From Prorocentrum cordatum (Eukaryota): a DNA stretch of 64,000 nucleotides. Made by a program: the position numbers and the translations under genes. Shown one piece after another: positions 26,050-38,289 of the stretch (the first letter of the stretch is position 1; each line of letters starts with the position of its first letter). The notes beneath the pieces were generated by a model, which saw only the letters and a program-made list of their open reading frames with translations, was not told the origin of the DNA and searched no databases. The stretch lies in contig CAUYUJ010000003.1 of NCBI GenBank assembly GCA_963575745.1, forward strand, positions 1,054,001-1,118,000, read 5' to 3'.

Positions 26050-27160
26050 GATCGGCGCTAGCAACAATGAACACCATCGCCTGCACCAGCACCAGCGCCA
26101 GTTCCGACGCCAACATCAGATTTCGACGCCATCAGGGCAACGGAATTCGTGACATGTTCGTTGCATCTTGCATCCTGCCTGGGCGGCCTGAGCCAGCGCC
26201 GGCGCTAGCGCAATTCACCAGCGATCACGCCAGCGCCGCCAACGGCACCAAAACCGGCGTCTCCGCCAGCACCAACGACGGCGCCTATACCTGCACCGAC
26301 GCCAGCATCGGCGCCAGCACCAACGCCACCTCCCGTGCCAGCAACAGCGTCAGATCCGACGCCAGCAGCTGCGTCGGCACCGACGCCAGCACTAAACTGG
26401 CGCCCGCGACGTCACCGAGACCAGCATGGACGCCAGCAACAACGCCATCCCCGAATGCCAACGCCAGCGCCAGCTCCGACGCCAGCATCTGCGCTGGCTG
26501 CTAGCACCGACGCCAGCACCGACGCCAGCGTCGACGTCAGCATCAAAGCCGTCACATTCGCTAGCGCCACCACCAGCTCCTTCACCAGCGCCGCTGCCAG
26601 CAGTGAAACCTGCGAGAACGCTGGCGCATGCGCGGGCACGACTGGCAGCGCATTCGCCAGCACCGATGCTTGTTTGCACCGACGCCAGAATCAAAGTAGG
26701 CGCCTACGCCAGAACCGACGCCATCATCGACGTCAGCGACTGCGATGGTACCAACGCCAACGACGCACACCAACGCCAACGCCAGCACCGACGCCAGCAT
26801 CGACGCCAGCACCAAAGTTGGCGCCTACGCCAGCATCGACGCCAGCACCAAAAGTTGCGCCTAATTGCGCCAGCACTGACGCCAGCGTCAACGTCAGCGA
26901 CTGCGCCAGCACCAACGCCAGCGCAGTACATCAGCGTCAATGCCAGCACCGAGGTCAGTACCGAAGCCAGCACCAACGCCGACGCGTATGCCAGGTTCCA
27001 ACGCCTGCGCCTACACCAGCACCGACGCGAGCTCCGACGCCAGAGTCCGCGCCAGCCCCGATGTCAGCACCAAACTGGCGTCTACGTCGGCGCCACCGCC
27101 AGCACCGTGTGCAGCGTCAGCGCCTACGCCCTCGCCCGCGCCAGCAGTGACGCCGGCGCG
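26050..27160. repeat. Low-complexity tract of gccagcacc(g/a)ac 12-mer variants
   Basis: Translates as ASTDAS/ASTNAS with frame shifts. Confidence 0.85.
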
Positions 27161-27819
27161 AACAGCATCAGCTGCGTGGGCCAGCGCGGGCCATCAGCAG
27201 CGCGGGCCATGCAGCTGCGCGGTCGCCGCCGCCTCAGCAGCGTGAGGATGGACAGGAGATTCAACCTCGCCCTATTGGGGAAACTAGATCTTGGTTTCGG
27301 GGTGGGTGCGTGTGGGGGCTTTCTTGCTGAGTTTATTTTGGTCTTCCGGCAGGTTCCCGTCAGGACTTGCTGCGGCTTACGCGTCGGCGTCGAGGTCAAG
27401 GTTGAGGGCTCTGGGCGCGGCCGCCCCGTGCTGCAGATCCTCCTCAGGATGGGCACCGCGGGCCACTCACCCAACGGCCGCGCGATCAGGAGGGTGGTGT
27501 TCACGCCTTGGGCTGAACGAGTGGGGCGAGTCGTTCCACTTTCGCTGAGCTGAGGGGCCGTGAGCATGCAGCCCGCAGTATTTTACTCGTTTTCCCCTCT
27601 GCTCTCCTTCTACCTCGTTCTCTGTCGATCACCGCTCTACATTCGGGAACCTTGCGTAATCGTCTCGGAAGAGAAGACGCCCTCCTCCTCGAACTAATGA
27701 AGGGGGGAGAAAATGAAAAATAATGAGCAGCCGCTTGGGAACACCGCGACAACTTAGGAAACATTGAAAAGCCTTCCGGGGGAGAAGAAAAACAAACTGT
27801 CGCGGCAATCGGCATCCTG

Positions 27820-27912
27820 TTGTAATTCGCCACAAAAGAAAACCCTTTATAATCCGCACAAGAGGAATCGCTGCTATATCTTCCCACAACAAAGAATCCG
27901 GTTCCCATTCGC

Positions 27913-27979
<67 letters not shown>

Positions 27980-28460
27980 CTGCAATCCGTCACAAAAATA
28001 AATCTTTTTTGGGAATCCGCCACATAAGGAATCACTTTGTAATCCGCCACAAAAGGGATTCTTGTGCAATCCGCACAAAAAAGAATCAGAGTGTAATCCG
28101 CCACCAAAGGAATCCGTTTGCAACCGCTTAGGGGGAGAAAGCGCCCTCCTGCCCGAGTAAGGCGACAGAAACGACTTAAATATAAGAAAACAATGAAAAC
28201 ACATCGAAACATAAGACACATGGAGAGGCTCTTCAGGAGGGAGAAGGACAAAAACGAAAAAATGATGTGACACTAAGAAACCAATTGGATTTCGCCACGC
28301 AAAGAATCATTTTCAAATCCGTACGCAAGGATTCCTTTGTAGCTGATTGCGAGACTATCCCTTCTGTGGCGGAATACAAAAAGATCCACATCGTTACAAA
28401 TTACAACAGGGATTCCTTTGGTGCGGACTACAAGCGGATTCGTCGCGAGGTGGATTGCAA
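27820..28460. repeat. Foldback arrangement of the ~27-30-bp satellite, with an internal (TA)n-poly(A) run
   Basis: Direct units over 27820-28120. Reverse-complement units at ~28329, ~28360 and ~28410. (TA)n plus A-run at 27920-27975. Confidence 0.75.
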
Positions 28461-28521
28461 AAGGAGCCCCACTGCTGCGGCAATATTTCCTATGTTTCCT
28501 CTTCTCGCCTGGAGAGTGTGT

Positions 28522-29901
28522 TCATATGTTTCGCTGTGTTGCGATAAATGATTCAAACGGATGTCCTTTTCGTTCTCTTTTCCGGTTCTTTGTTCGGGGA
28601 GGGGTCTTCGGAACAACGTTGCGCCCAGAGCTCAGGCATGTCGCGTGGCTCGGCGCTGGCGACCTCGAGCGGTCGCGAACTGGAGCAGGTGAGTCCGATG
28701 CGCCTGCTGGCGAATCCAAGGCAGCCAAGGCACCTGACGAAAGCCTCCCGATCCGCGACGGCCTAAGAGTAGAAGCCTTGGCCAGCGTCGCAGAGCTCGC
28801 GCCCGTAGCTCGGCGAGCGGTAGAGCCCCTCGCGGTCGCCGACGCCGCCGCGGCCTTGGGGGCAGCGGGACTCAACGAGACCGCGCCCTGCAAATCGCCG
28901 TCGCCATCGCCTGCGCCGCCCTCCAGCTCGTCAAGGCCCTCGTCCTCGATGGCCAGAAGATCCGAAGCAGCGCGCGTTTCCGCAGAGGCCTTGAGCGACG
29001 CCACAAGCCCACGGCTGGTAGCCTCCGAGGCTGCGATGTCCTGCAACTGGGCGATCGTCGGCACTTTGGCATCCCCTCTGAGTATCGTCGCCTGCTTCTG
29101 CCTGATCTTCGTGATCCCCTGCTTGAATGTCTGCTGCTCGCCTCCTGAGGCTGCCGCTTTCGCGGCCGTGATCTTGACGGTGCTCATGCGTACTCCCGTC
29201 CTGCTGTAGTTCTTGATATCCGTGTAGGGCTTCGTCGGGTGCTGGCAGACAACGCCAGTCGAGCTCGCGCCTGGTTGAGTAGCGGAGCCAACGCGAGTCT
29301 CCTCCATCCTTCACATCTCAGGCGATATGCCAGCCACCCCCTTCGGGCAGATCTTCTCAGTCCACTGGTCCTTGGATAACTGTATCGACGTCTTGCTGAT
29401 CTCCTGGCCATCTACCTCGACGCTGCCGAGCTCGCCGAGAGCATCTCCAAGTGCGGCGGCAAGCTCGACGTCGGCCTGCATCTTAATCTCGCAGTCCTTG
29501 TCGAAGTCCCCGTCCTCACGGCACCTCTCGACGAAGTCTTGCCAGGCCATCTCCTGCTGGAAGTGGCGATCGAACCCCGCGCAGCACTGGTCGCAGCCGT
29601 GCATCGGCAGACTGCCGCGCCCGCTGGCCTTGCCTCGAAAGCACGACTGCCTATCCACGGGCTCGCCGTAGCGGGCGCAGGCCACGGCGTCGGCGCCACT
29701 GCCCGAAGCCTTGCCGCGGCAAGGGAGCGCAACCTTGCCAGCTGGAAGGCCCTCACCGTCTGCTGCCGCCTGACGCTCCTTGCCAGCCATGGCCAGCAAC
29801 CTCAGAGCTGCCGGCTCCGATTTTAGTCCGGAACTCGTTCGGGCCCTCGCGGGCCAAAGAAGGGCGACGCTGTCGTCGCGCTGCCGCAAACGCCGCGCCA
29901 A
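28522..29901 (-). pseudogene. ~460-codon unknown ORF split by one in-frame TGA (29311-29313); CxxC-containing, possibly a transposon accessory protein
   Basis: ORFs 29311..29901 and 28522..29307 are in the same frame (GISPEM*RMEETR). Globular-looking segment GCDQCCAGFDRHFQQEMAWQDFVERCREDGDFDKDC, strong G/C third positions, and an RDRSRSP tail. Confidence 0.55.
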
Positions 29902-32900
29902 AACGGCTCCAAGACGGAGGAGGGTGGAGGTTGGAGGGAATTTACCACGGAGGATCCTGACTGATGGTGGACTTTACCAGGGTGGAGGTTGGAGTGACTT
30001 TACCAGGGTGGAAGGTGGATGTCCTAACTCAGTCCCAGGCTCCAAGCTGGAACCCCGAGGGAAAGGTCAAAAGGGGGACCCCAAAGGGGGCTGCCTTGAA
30101 GGGCAGGGGTCCCGATGAGAGCCAAGGGGGGCACGATGAGGCCCAAAAGTGAATCCAGAAGGAGGGCCCCGTCACTACGCCTACTCCTACCCTCCTACTG
30201 TTGCGCTACCCTATCGCGTTGTATGTTCTGCAACATGTTACCTGCAGTGCCCTGCAAGTTATGGCCCGTTTCCTGCGGCTTGCCTGGCTCCTGTTACCTG
30301 GCCTGTCCCACCCTTGCCTGGCGTGCCCTGCCTGAGCCATGGCGGCATCGGCTGCCCCTGCCTGAGCCTGCCCTACCTGAGCTGAGACCCTACAACCCAG
30401 GCGCGTCCAAATATTAGCCTAGGGTTGGCCTCAACGAGCTCCAGGGGAGGCGCCTGGAAGGGCGGAGCCCACTGCGCGAGAGGCCCACTGGGGCCAAAGA
30501 AAGGGGGCCCAAAGTGAGGTCCAAGGAGGGCGCGCCAAGACACCCCGACCGCACCTGCCTACTTACTCAACCTACCGACCTACTCAACTTTCTCAACCCC
30601 CAGGGGCGCGGGCGTAGGGGGAGCACGAGGAGCAGGAGGCATAGAAGTAGGAGGTGCGGGGGGAACAGGGGTGGGAGTAGGAGGAGAAGTAGGAGTAGGA
30701 CACATAGAGAGGAGTAGGAGTAGGAGTGGAGCACGAGTGCGGGGTACACCATCGAGGGGCGGAGGGGTAGGAGTGAGAAGAGGAGGAACACTGGAGGCAA
30801 TGAGAGTAAGTAGAGGACGATGCGGGTCGTCACTAGGATGGGCTGGAGAAGGATGGCGGAAAGGGCGGAGGAGGAGGAGGAGGAGGATGAGGAGCAGGAT
30901 GAGGAGCAGGAGCAAAACAACCTTGGCCTTAGAGAAAAAGACGGCGACTTCGCCATCTCCCCTGGCCGCCCGCCATAGTACTACCTACCTGCGTGTGCTT
31001 TGCGCGAGCAGGCCACACTTGAGCGCGATGCTATGCTGCGCGGTGCTATGCAATGCACTGCTGGCTGCTCACGTGCACACCCTCAGCCTACATACCTTTT
31101 CAACCAACGTTGGTTGCCGTTCGCTTAAGCGAAATCGTTGCCGTTGCTTGTTGTACGCGTTGCAGTGGTCGTCCGCTCTCGAGGCCGTTCGATCGCCCTG
31201 GGTGCCCCTGCTCCTCCTACACCTGCCCCTCCTACACCTCGTATTCCTCCTCCTCCACTCCTGCTCCTCCCCCTCCTCGCACTCCGCGGCCCTGCTCTTC
31301 CTGACTGTGATTCAGGAAACCGAGCACTGCAACTGGATGCAACAGAACAAGAGCGCCAATCGAAACTGCCATCAACGGATAAATGCCGACACCGTTCCAA
31401 GAATATTGGCCAAGTGACGTCTGCGTTCAACCCGAGCCCGCGCGCATTGAAACGAACACCCTCGATAGCAAATGCTCGAATGTAAAGGACGAGTGCACGC
31501 GCCGCTCGATAGCCAAACCCTTATGAAAAGAGCATGCGCCTTCCATCGCGGTCCAAACCGTCAAATTTCATACAGCGATTTTTTGTTGTGCGTAGACACG
31601 CGTGGATCATTCAACGCATGCGCGGGCGTTGCTCCAAAGATAAGTGCCCACCATTCAGGTGTTATTACATCTCAAGGAGAAAGACACGTACATCAATCAC
31701 GAAGCAAGAAGCAACTGGTCACTCGAGTGCGACAACAGCCCCTGGCAATTCAAACAATCACGGCCAAGGCAAACACATCGGTCCACACCGCGCCTCCAGA
31801 AGACATGCGTAGCAATGGGGGGCGACGCATCACTGATGACCCCGAAACGTACCAACGTTGAGCAATCATCGTTGCGCGTGTTTGCGCACGCACGACTCTA
31901 TTCAAACGCGTGTACCAGACACAGTGTACGCCTTGGCCTTTGCCGACGTGGCGTGGATGCAAATGGGCGCCAAACGTTGAATAATGAACAGCAAAGATGC
32001 AACGGGCTGCGGGAATCAAGAAAAGGCCAGAAACTGGAATGGCACAACGACCATGTCAAACATCGGCTGATTGCCCATCAAATCAATATCCGCAACCCAT
32101 GAAATGGCACGCGGCGCGTGAGACCCTTCCAACGCAAACGCGCGTCGAGTCGAGGAAGAACGCCTAGACTGGCACGCAGACGGCTTGTGGATGCAAACAC
32201 GACCAATGGATGCATGGCCGCCACGTGGCTGGACGCGCTGAGAACATCCCCCCAAAAGGCAGGGGCCATCCCATGGACTGACATAGGGTCCTGATGACGT
32301 GGCGGCAGACAACGCGCCTCGCGCCTCGCGTCATAAGTGCCAGGCGCACCTAACCCCCCCCCCCCACCTCCACCACCAATCCCCGTCCGCGACCATGAAG
32401 CACGGAGGCCGCGCGTGGACTTCACACTTACATAGTACTACCAATCGCGTTGCGATGGGCGCCGCCCTATTCATCCCAGCCGCGCATGGTGGGCGGCAGC
32501 AAGCGCGCGTGCCCGATGGCTCCTGGGGGTACCGAAGATTTGTACTAACTGCGCGCCTGATGGGAAACGCAGTTAAACCAATCGCGCGCCACGGCGCGCG
32601 ACCCCTGGGATTGAACGGGCAGCCGCCAAGGCACGGCGCCGCCGCGCAAGCAACCAGAACGCGCGCGCACTGCGACGCGCGGCGCCCTCCAATGGATCGC
32701 GGCGACATGCGACGCGCCCAGGGTGGTCAGCCACCACGGCCGCAACAACTCCAGACGGCACCTGACCCGACGCTGGCGCCAATCCATGAGCGGCGGCGCG
32801 GAGGGCCCGAGCGGCGCTCGGCGATTGCGCCCTGTTCGCGTGGAGCCGCGGCCGCGCCTGGGCGCCAGAATGGCGCGGTTCGCGCGCGCGGCCGATGCCG

Positions 32901-34354
32901 CGCAAGCGCGCGGGGCCCGCGGCGCCAATTGCGCGCGGCCGACGCCCCCGCGAGCAATTGATGGACTGCTTTGAGTGCGCAGCTCTGGCTGCGACGTCGC
33001 GCCGCGGAACAGCCGCGCGCGCGCGCGGTTGCGCCGTCCAACGCGGCCGATCGGTAACGAGCGCGTCGGACGCGCGCGCCCGAACGCGCCATGGGCCAAA
33101 CGAACCCCTGCGGGCGCGACGCCGCGCGCGCGGAGCCGACGGCGCGCCCGCGCGCCTGACGGATGCCAGCTGGGTTGGGCGCAGGGGAAGCCCGCGCGCA
33201 TGGGCGACGCGCGCAGCCGGAGCCGCCGCGCGAGGCGCGCGAACCGACGCCATAGGCGAGCGGCCGCGCGACTGCCGAGGCGCACTACCGCGCGCAACGC
33301 CCTCCCCCTCGGCCGCACTCGGCGCAGCTTGCGCTGGCGCGATCTAACTCCGCCGCCCTGCGCCGCCAGGCTGGCTCAGCACTTGGCCCGCGCCCGAAGG
33401 GGGCGCGGGCCGGTGGCTGCCCGCGCGCGCCAAGGAAGCGCCGCCCTGTTCCGATATCCGACAACGCGCGCGCCCGCGCCGCGCCGATGCACCGACCGCG
33501 CGCGGAGGCGGGGCGCTTGATCTTGCGCCGCACTTGCTCGAACGCCGCAGCGGGGCGCCCCCGAAGCGCGCGGGCCCCCCCCGACGCGCGCGCGCAGCAC
33601 GGCGATTTTCTTTGTTGCGCGAGTAATCAGGCGCCGCCGTCGGCAGCGGCCGCGCTCCGAGCCCGTCGGGCGCGCGAACGACAGCCCGCTATGCGCCGCA
33701 CTTTGTGGCCTCTCTGTTCGAAGCCCCCCGCCGCGAAACTTTCGGGAACGCCCCTGTAGATTGCCAAAATTCAGGACCCCCGCCCCCCATCTGACGGACT
33801 TGCTTGCGATGCTCGCAGCGCGCCGCGGGCGGCCTGCAAGCGTGCGTCCCTGGCAAGGTCCGAGCACGCGCGCGATGAGCAGGCGCGCTTGGCTCGGCGC
33901 CCCCGCGCCGCCGATCGCCAGGCGAAGGTGCGATGGCGGAGCTGATGAGATGGCCGATGGGCTGGAGAGGAAGAGGGTGGCGCGCTGCGGGCGCGGCGTC
34001 GGGGGGGCGCAGCAGCGCGCGCGCCGCGCGGAGCGAGCTCGGCGAGAGGGCGCGGCGAGGCGCGGCGGGGCGGAGGTGGGGCAAGCTCCGCATGCCCCCC
34101 GAGCCGCCTCGGGGCAGCCCAGCGCCACTAGCCGAGGTGAGAGGGCGCCGAGCGCGCGCCGCGGCGTGCGCCAGCTGCCCCAGGGACCGCCCGCGCCGAG
34201 CTCCGAAGGTGCCTCGGCTCGCCACAGGGCCACGAGGGGCGGCGCCCGCAGTTCACAGACGCGCGCCACGATCCGAATGGCGGTCGCGGCAAGGGAGGGG
34301 GGGCGGGGTCCCGATGGCCGCGCGGGGGGGGGGCTTTGCCCTCTGCTTGGAAGG

Positions 34355-34690
34355 TCCGATGACCTTTTGATGGGTTTTGGTGACTCCCCGCGCGCCGTCG
34401 AAATGTGGTGATGACCGTTCGATGTTCGATGACCCTTTGATGACCTTTTGATGACTCTTGATGACCCCCCGCGCGCCGTTGAAATCGGTTATGACTTGTG
34501 ATGGGGTTTGATGGCTTTTGATGGTCTTGATGACTTCTGATGACGTTCTCGGCGGCGGGTTGCCGATGGGTGCCTGATGGGTTTTGATAGGGGGTTCTGT
34601 TTGGGGTGATGGTGTTTCGATAGGTTTTGGTGACGTCGCTCCTGGTGTTGAAAAGCGGCCATGACCTGTCGATGGTGGTTCGATGGCCGC
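34355..34690. repeat. TTTGATGACC-like 10-11-bp periodic repeat organised into two ~80-bp higher-order units
   Basis: gatgaccttttgatg...ccccgcgcgccgt.gaaat at ~34358 and ~34439. TGATG cores recur about every 10-11 bp. Confidence 0.8.
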
Positions 34691-37600
34691 CGTTACGTGC
34701 TCGCCCCGCCAGAGTACGTCTGGCGATGCTCCACGGGGGGGGGGGCGGGGGCAGCGGCCGCGGGCGTTGCGGCGCGCGCGCCAAGGCACTGGGTGGGCGG
34801 GGGCGGCGGGCGGGGATGATCCGACGATTGATCTGCTCACCCCAGACGAGGCGAGCTTGGCATGCGGAAGTGGTGACCACCCTGCATTGCCGCGGCGCAA
34901 CCCGTTGCGCTCGCAGATTGCCCCCCCCCCCCCCCCCCCCCCGCGCCGCAATGGTTCCTCGACGTCGCCGCAGCCCTGGGTCGGGCGGTTGCCACGAAGA
35001 GTGGCGCCCGTTGCGCATGGAACCGTCGGCGGCCCCACCAGCGGTGAGCCTTGGTCGTTCAAGCCCTTGCCCAGCCCATGCCGCCCGCCGTTGAACCATG
35101 CAGTGGATCGTTGCTACGTTTGAACCGACGCGCGCGCGGTCGCTGTCGTCGCGCTCGCCGTCGTCTCGTGAATTTCAGTTGTAGCCGATGCTCCGCGCGC
35201 GCGCGCGCGCAGCCGCTCCGCAGGTGGCTTCGTTCGCCCGCGCGGCAGCCGCAACTGTTCCAACTGCCGCCCGCGGCGGCCGCGGCGCCTGCACTGCGCG
35301 TTGCGCCGCCGCCGGGCAAGCGCCCGCCTCATTCGCGCGGCATCCTATTTATCGCCGCAACGCGCGATGCGAACGCCGTCGTTGTCGCGGGCAATGGGCG
35401 ATGGCGCCGCGGGCCCTCGCGGCGGCGCGCCGGCTGATGCGCGGCCTCGCGGCCGCGACGTCAATCGCGCGCGCTGGCATTGCATCGCGCGGAGAGCCCG
35501 ACGGCGCGAGCGACGCTGCGGAGCCGCCGATGGCGCACCGCGCCGCTCGGGCACCGTAGCAACGCTAGCGCGCGCGTGGAGGTTGCGCGGCCGCGCGCGC
35601 GACCGCGGGCGGTTCGACTGCGGCGTTCGCGCGAATGCGTCGGAGCACGCGCGGATGCGCGCGACGACTCGCCCCGCCACCCAGCCCCAACCCCTTTCCT
35701 GTTTGTCGGCTCTGAACGCGGCCAGCGCCCTAGGCGGAGATGAAACTCGGAGGTTGCACGCCCCGCAGACGGTGCGCCGTGTCCCCGCGCCAGTCGTCTT
35801 CGCGCTCGCGGCGGGAAGCGTCGTTGCTGACCCCCTCCGACGACAAGCCCAATGCTGTCGCGGCGCGTTGCTCGCGCAACCCAGCCGCCCCTTCCAGCTC
35901 GACGCGCCCCGTCAACTGCGCCGCCGCGGCCCCCTCTGCAACGCCCCGAGCAACTGGCGGCGGCCGCGCTGCGCTGCGCGGCACAGAAGCTCCTCGACTA
36001 AGTGTCCCATCGGCCGCCTGGCAGCGGCAATGGCCACGGTGGTCCGCCGCAGCCGCCAGAGGCCGCCGCTCGGAAGAGGGCGCAATACTTCTGCTGCGGC
36101 ATCGCTCCAAAGTTGGCAGCGCCGCGGCGCGGGCGCGGCGGATGATAGGCTACGGCGAGGAGGTCGACCGACGCATGGCGCGGCTTGCACGCGGCGGACA
36201 ATACTTGCGGTCGGACAAGGCATCCCACAATCAACTAATGGATGTCCTCGTTGTGGCTGCGAAGAAGCCTGTTGCGGCACAACGTTCGCGCGTGCCCGCA
36301 GACCGCCTTGAGTTTGCCAGCCTTCGGGCGCCTCGGGCAATCCTGCAGCGGCGGGAGCCCAACAAACGAGCTGATTCGCTGCATTCTGGCGAAGCCGCGC
36401 GATGGCGGCCGCTGCATCGACGACGCTCGGCGACGGCTGCGGTTGCAACGGCGGCGGAACGGCTGCCTGCCGCAAAACGCGACGACGGCGACCGTCGGTT
36501 GCGGCAGCGCGATGCCGCACGAGGCCGCCGCGCCGTTGAACGCCCCGCCCCGCCGTCGAAACTGTCGCGCCTCAACGCGCGGCCACGTCTCTTTCTGCAA
36601 GGTCGATATAAAGCGCGGTCGCCCACGTCGCGCGCGACGCCTTGCCGTGAACGACGGCCTTGCCCGAGAAAGCAACGCTCCCGCTGAAAGCCGACATCGG
36701 AGCCGACAGTCGGCGGCTTGGAACGCGTGGCAGGCGCCTGTTAAGCGCGACGCATGATCAAAGCCAGTCGCGGTGCGCCGTGCGCGCTGCGGGTGCACTC
36801 CGCGCTGCTTGCGCACGGGACGAGCCGCGGCGCTGCGGTGCGACGGTGGCGCGGGTTTCGTTCGCCGTCGGTCGTCGTTGTCGTCGTGCGAGCTCCCTTC
36901 TTTCCTGGCGCGCAATCCACGTTGCCCTTGTTCAGGATGGGTCGCGGCGCCAACGCGGACCGCCGTGCCGATGAACGCCGCTGCGTCGGCGTGCGCCACG
37001 CTGCGCGCGCGCAGCTGAGAGCGCCGCATTGCCGCGCTGGCAGCACGACAACGCGCGGCAGCGCTGCCGCGCGCGCCGCGGCATGCGCATCCACAGTAGA
37101 TTGCCCCCCCCCCCCCCCTCCCACGCCACCCCCCGCAGCCACGCCGCCCGCGTTCCCCTCCGAATCGTGCAAAGATGGCGCCGCAACGGCGCAGACAGCG
37201 CCCAAGATTGGTCCAAGAACCACCCTGAGCCCCAACGGGTGGCGTCATAACGTGGCCTTGAACCGGCGGCCGCCGCCAGGCAACGCCATTGGGCTTCCTC
37301 CCAAGGAGCGCCGAGAGGCCACCGAGAGCCAGAGAAGTCACCGCGGCTCCCCCAAGATACCCGCGGAGGCCATGACGGGCCCCGCTGGCGGGGCCACAAG
37401 AAACATTGAGCGCTACGCGTTGCACTGAAGGGGCCTCGCGCAAGCACCCGCTGCGCCTTGAACGCCCCACCCCCCCCCTGCGCCCTCTCACCATTGCCCG
37501 CCCGCGCCCCCTCGGCGCCGCAAGACCCCAGCGGACATCCAAGAAGCGCCGCCGCAACCCAGGCGCGGCGCCTCCTCCTTCTCCCTTCCATATGGCTCAT

Positions 37601-38289
37601 CGCCCCCCCTCCTGGTCACCATGCCCCCCTCCTCACCCTCTCCCCCCCGCGCCCCCATCTTCCTCCTCCTCCGCCACCTCTCCTTCCCAACCCCCGCAGT
37701 CGTCCTCGGCGTCGCCCTTCTTCTCGTTCGTCGTCCTTCCTCCCCCTCCACCCCCGCCAATCCACCCCCTCAACGTCGACCACTCCTCGCCCTCATCCTC
37801 CTCGACATTCTCTTCGCGCGTCATTCCCCTTCGCCCCGCCGAATGCCCCGGTCCTTCGGCAGTGCCATCAGCTCGGAGTCGCCTTCGGTTCCCTCATCTG
37901 GGTCGGCGGCGTTGTAGGTAAAGCCGCATAAGGGGTCATCGGCAGTGGCCGCAGGGCATGTGAATAACAACCGGATGCAATAAACATCAATAGCCAGAGG
38001 GAGGAGCAGGCTGGAAGGTCAAAGTAAGGACGACGCGTGAGCTAGTTTCGACGGAACTGGGACATAGTCCTGGGGAAGTTCGGGGTGTGGAACGAACGGG
38101 CCCTGGGATTGCCTTGGAAGTTCCAGTAGGGGGTGTAACATGTTTGGGCATCGACCTCCCGTGGGATCAGCCCCAGGCTGACCTTCCCCCCGCTCCTTCC
38201 CACCACTGTTGCAATCTTGGCCCGCGCGAGTTTTTGCTTGGCCCAAGGCGGAGACAAGCCCAACTCCTGCGGGCCTCCACCTGGACACC

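Noticed and set aside
26025..27553. ASTDAS-repeat surface or antifreeze-like protein
   Set aside because: The repeat phase moves between frames with stops, and there is no unique flanking domain.
31400..32300. AT-richer island as a gene or Helitron remnant
   Set aside because: The frames I read have stops and no recognisable motif.
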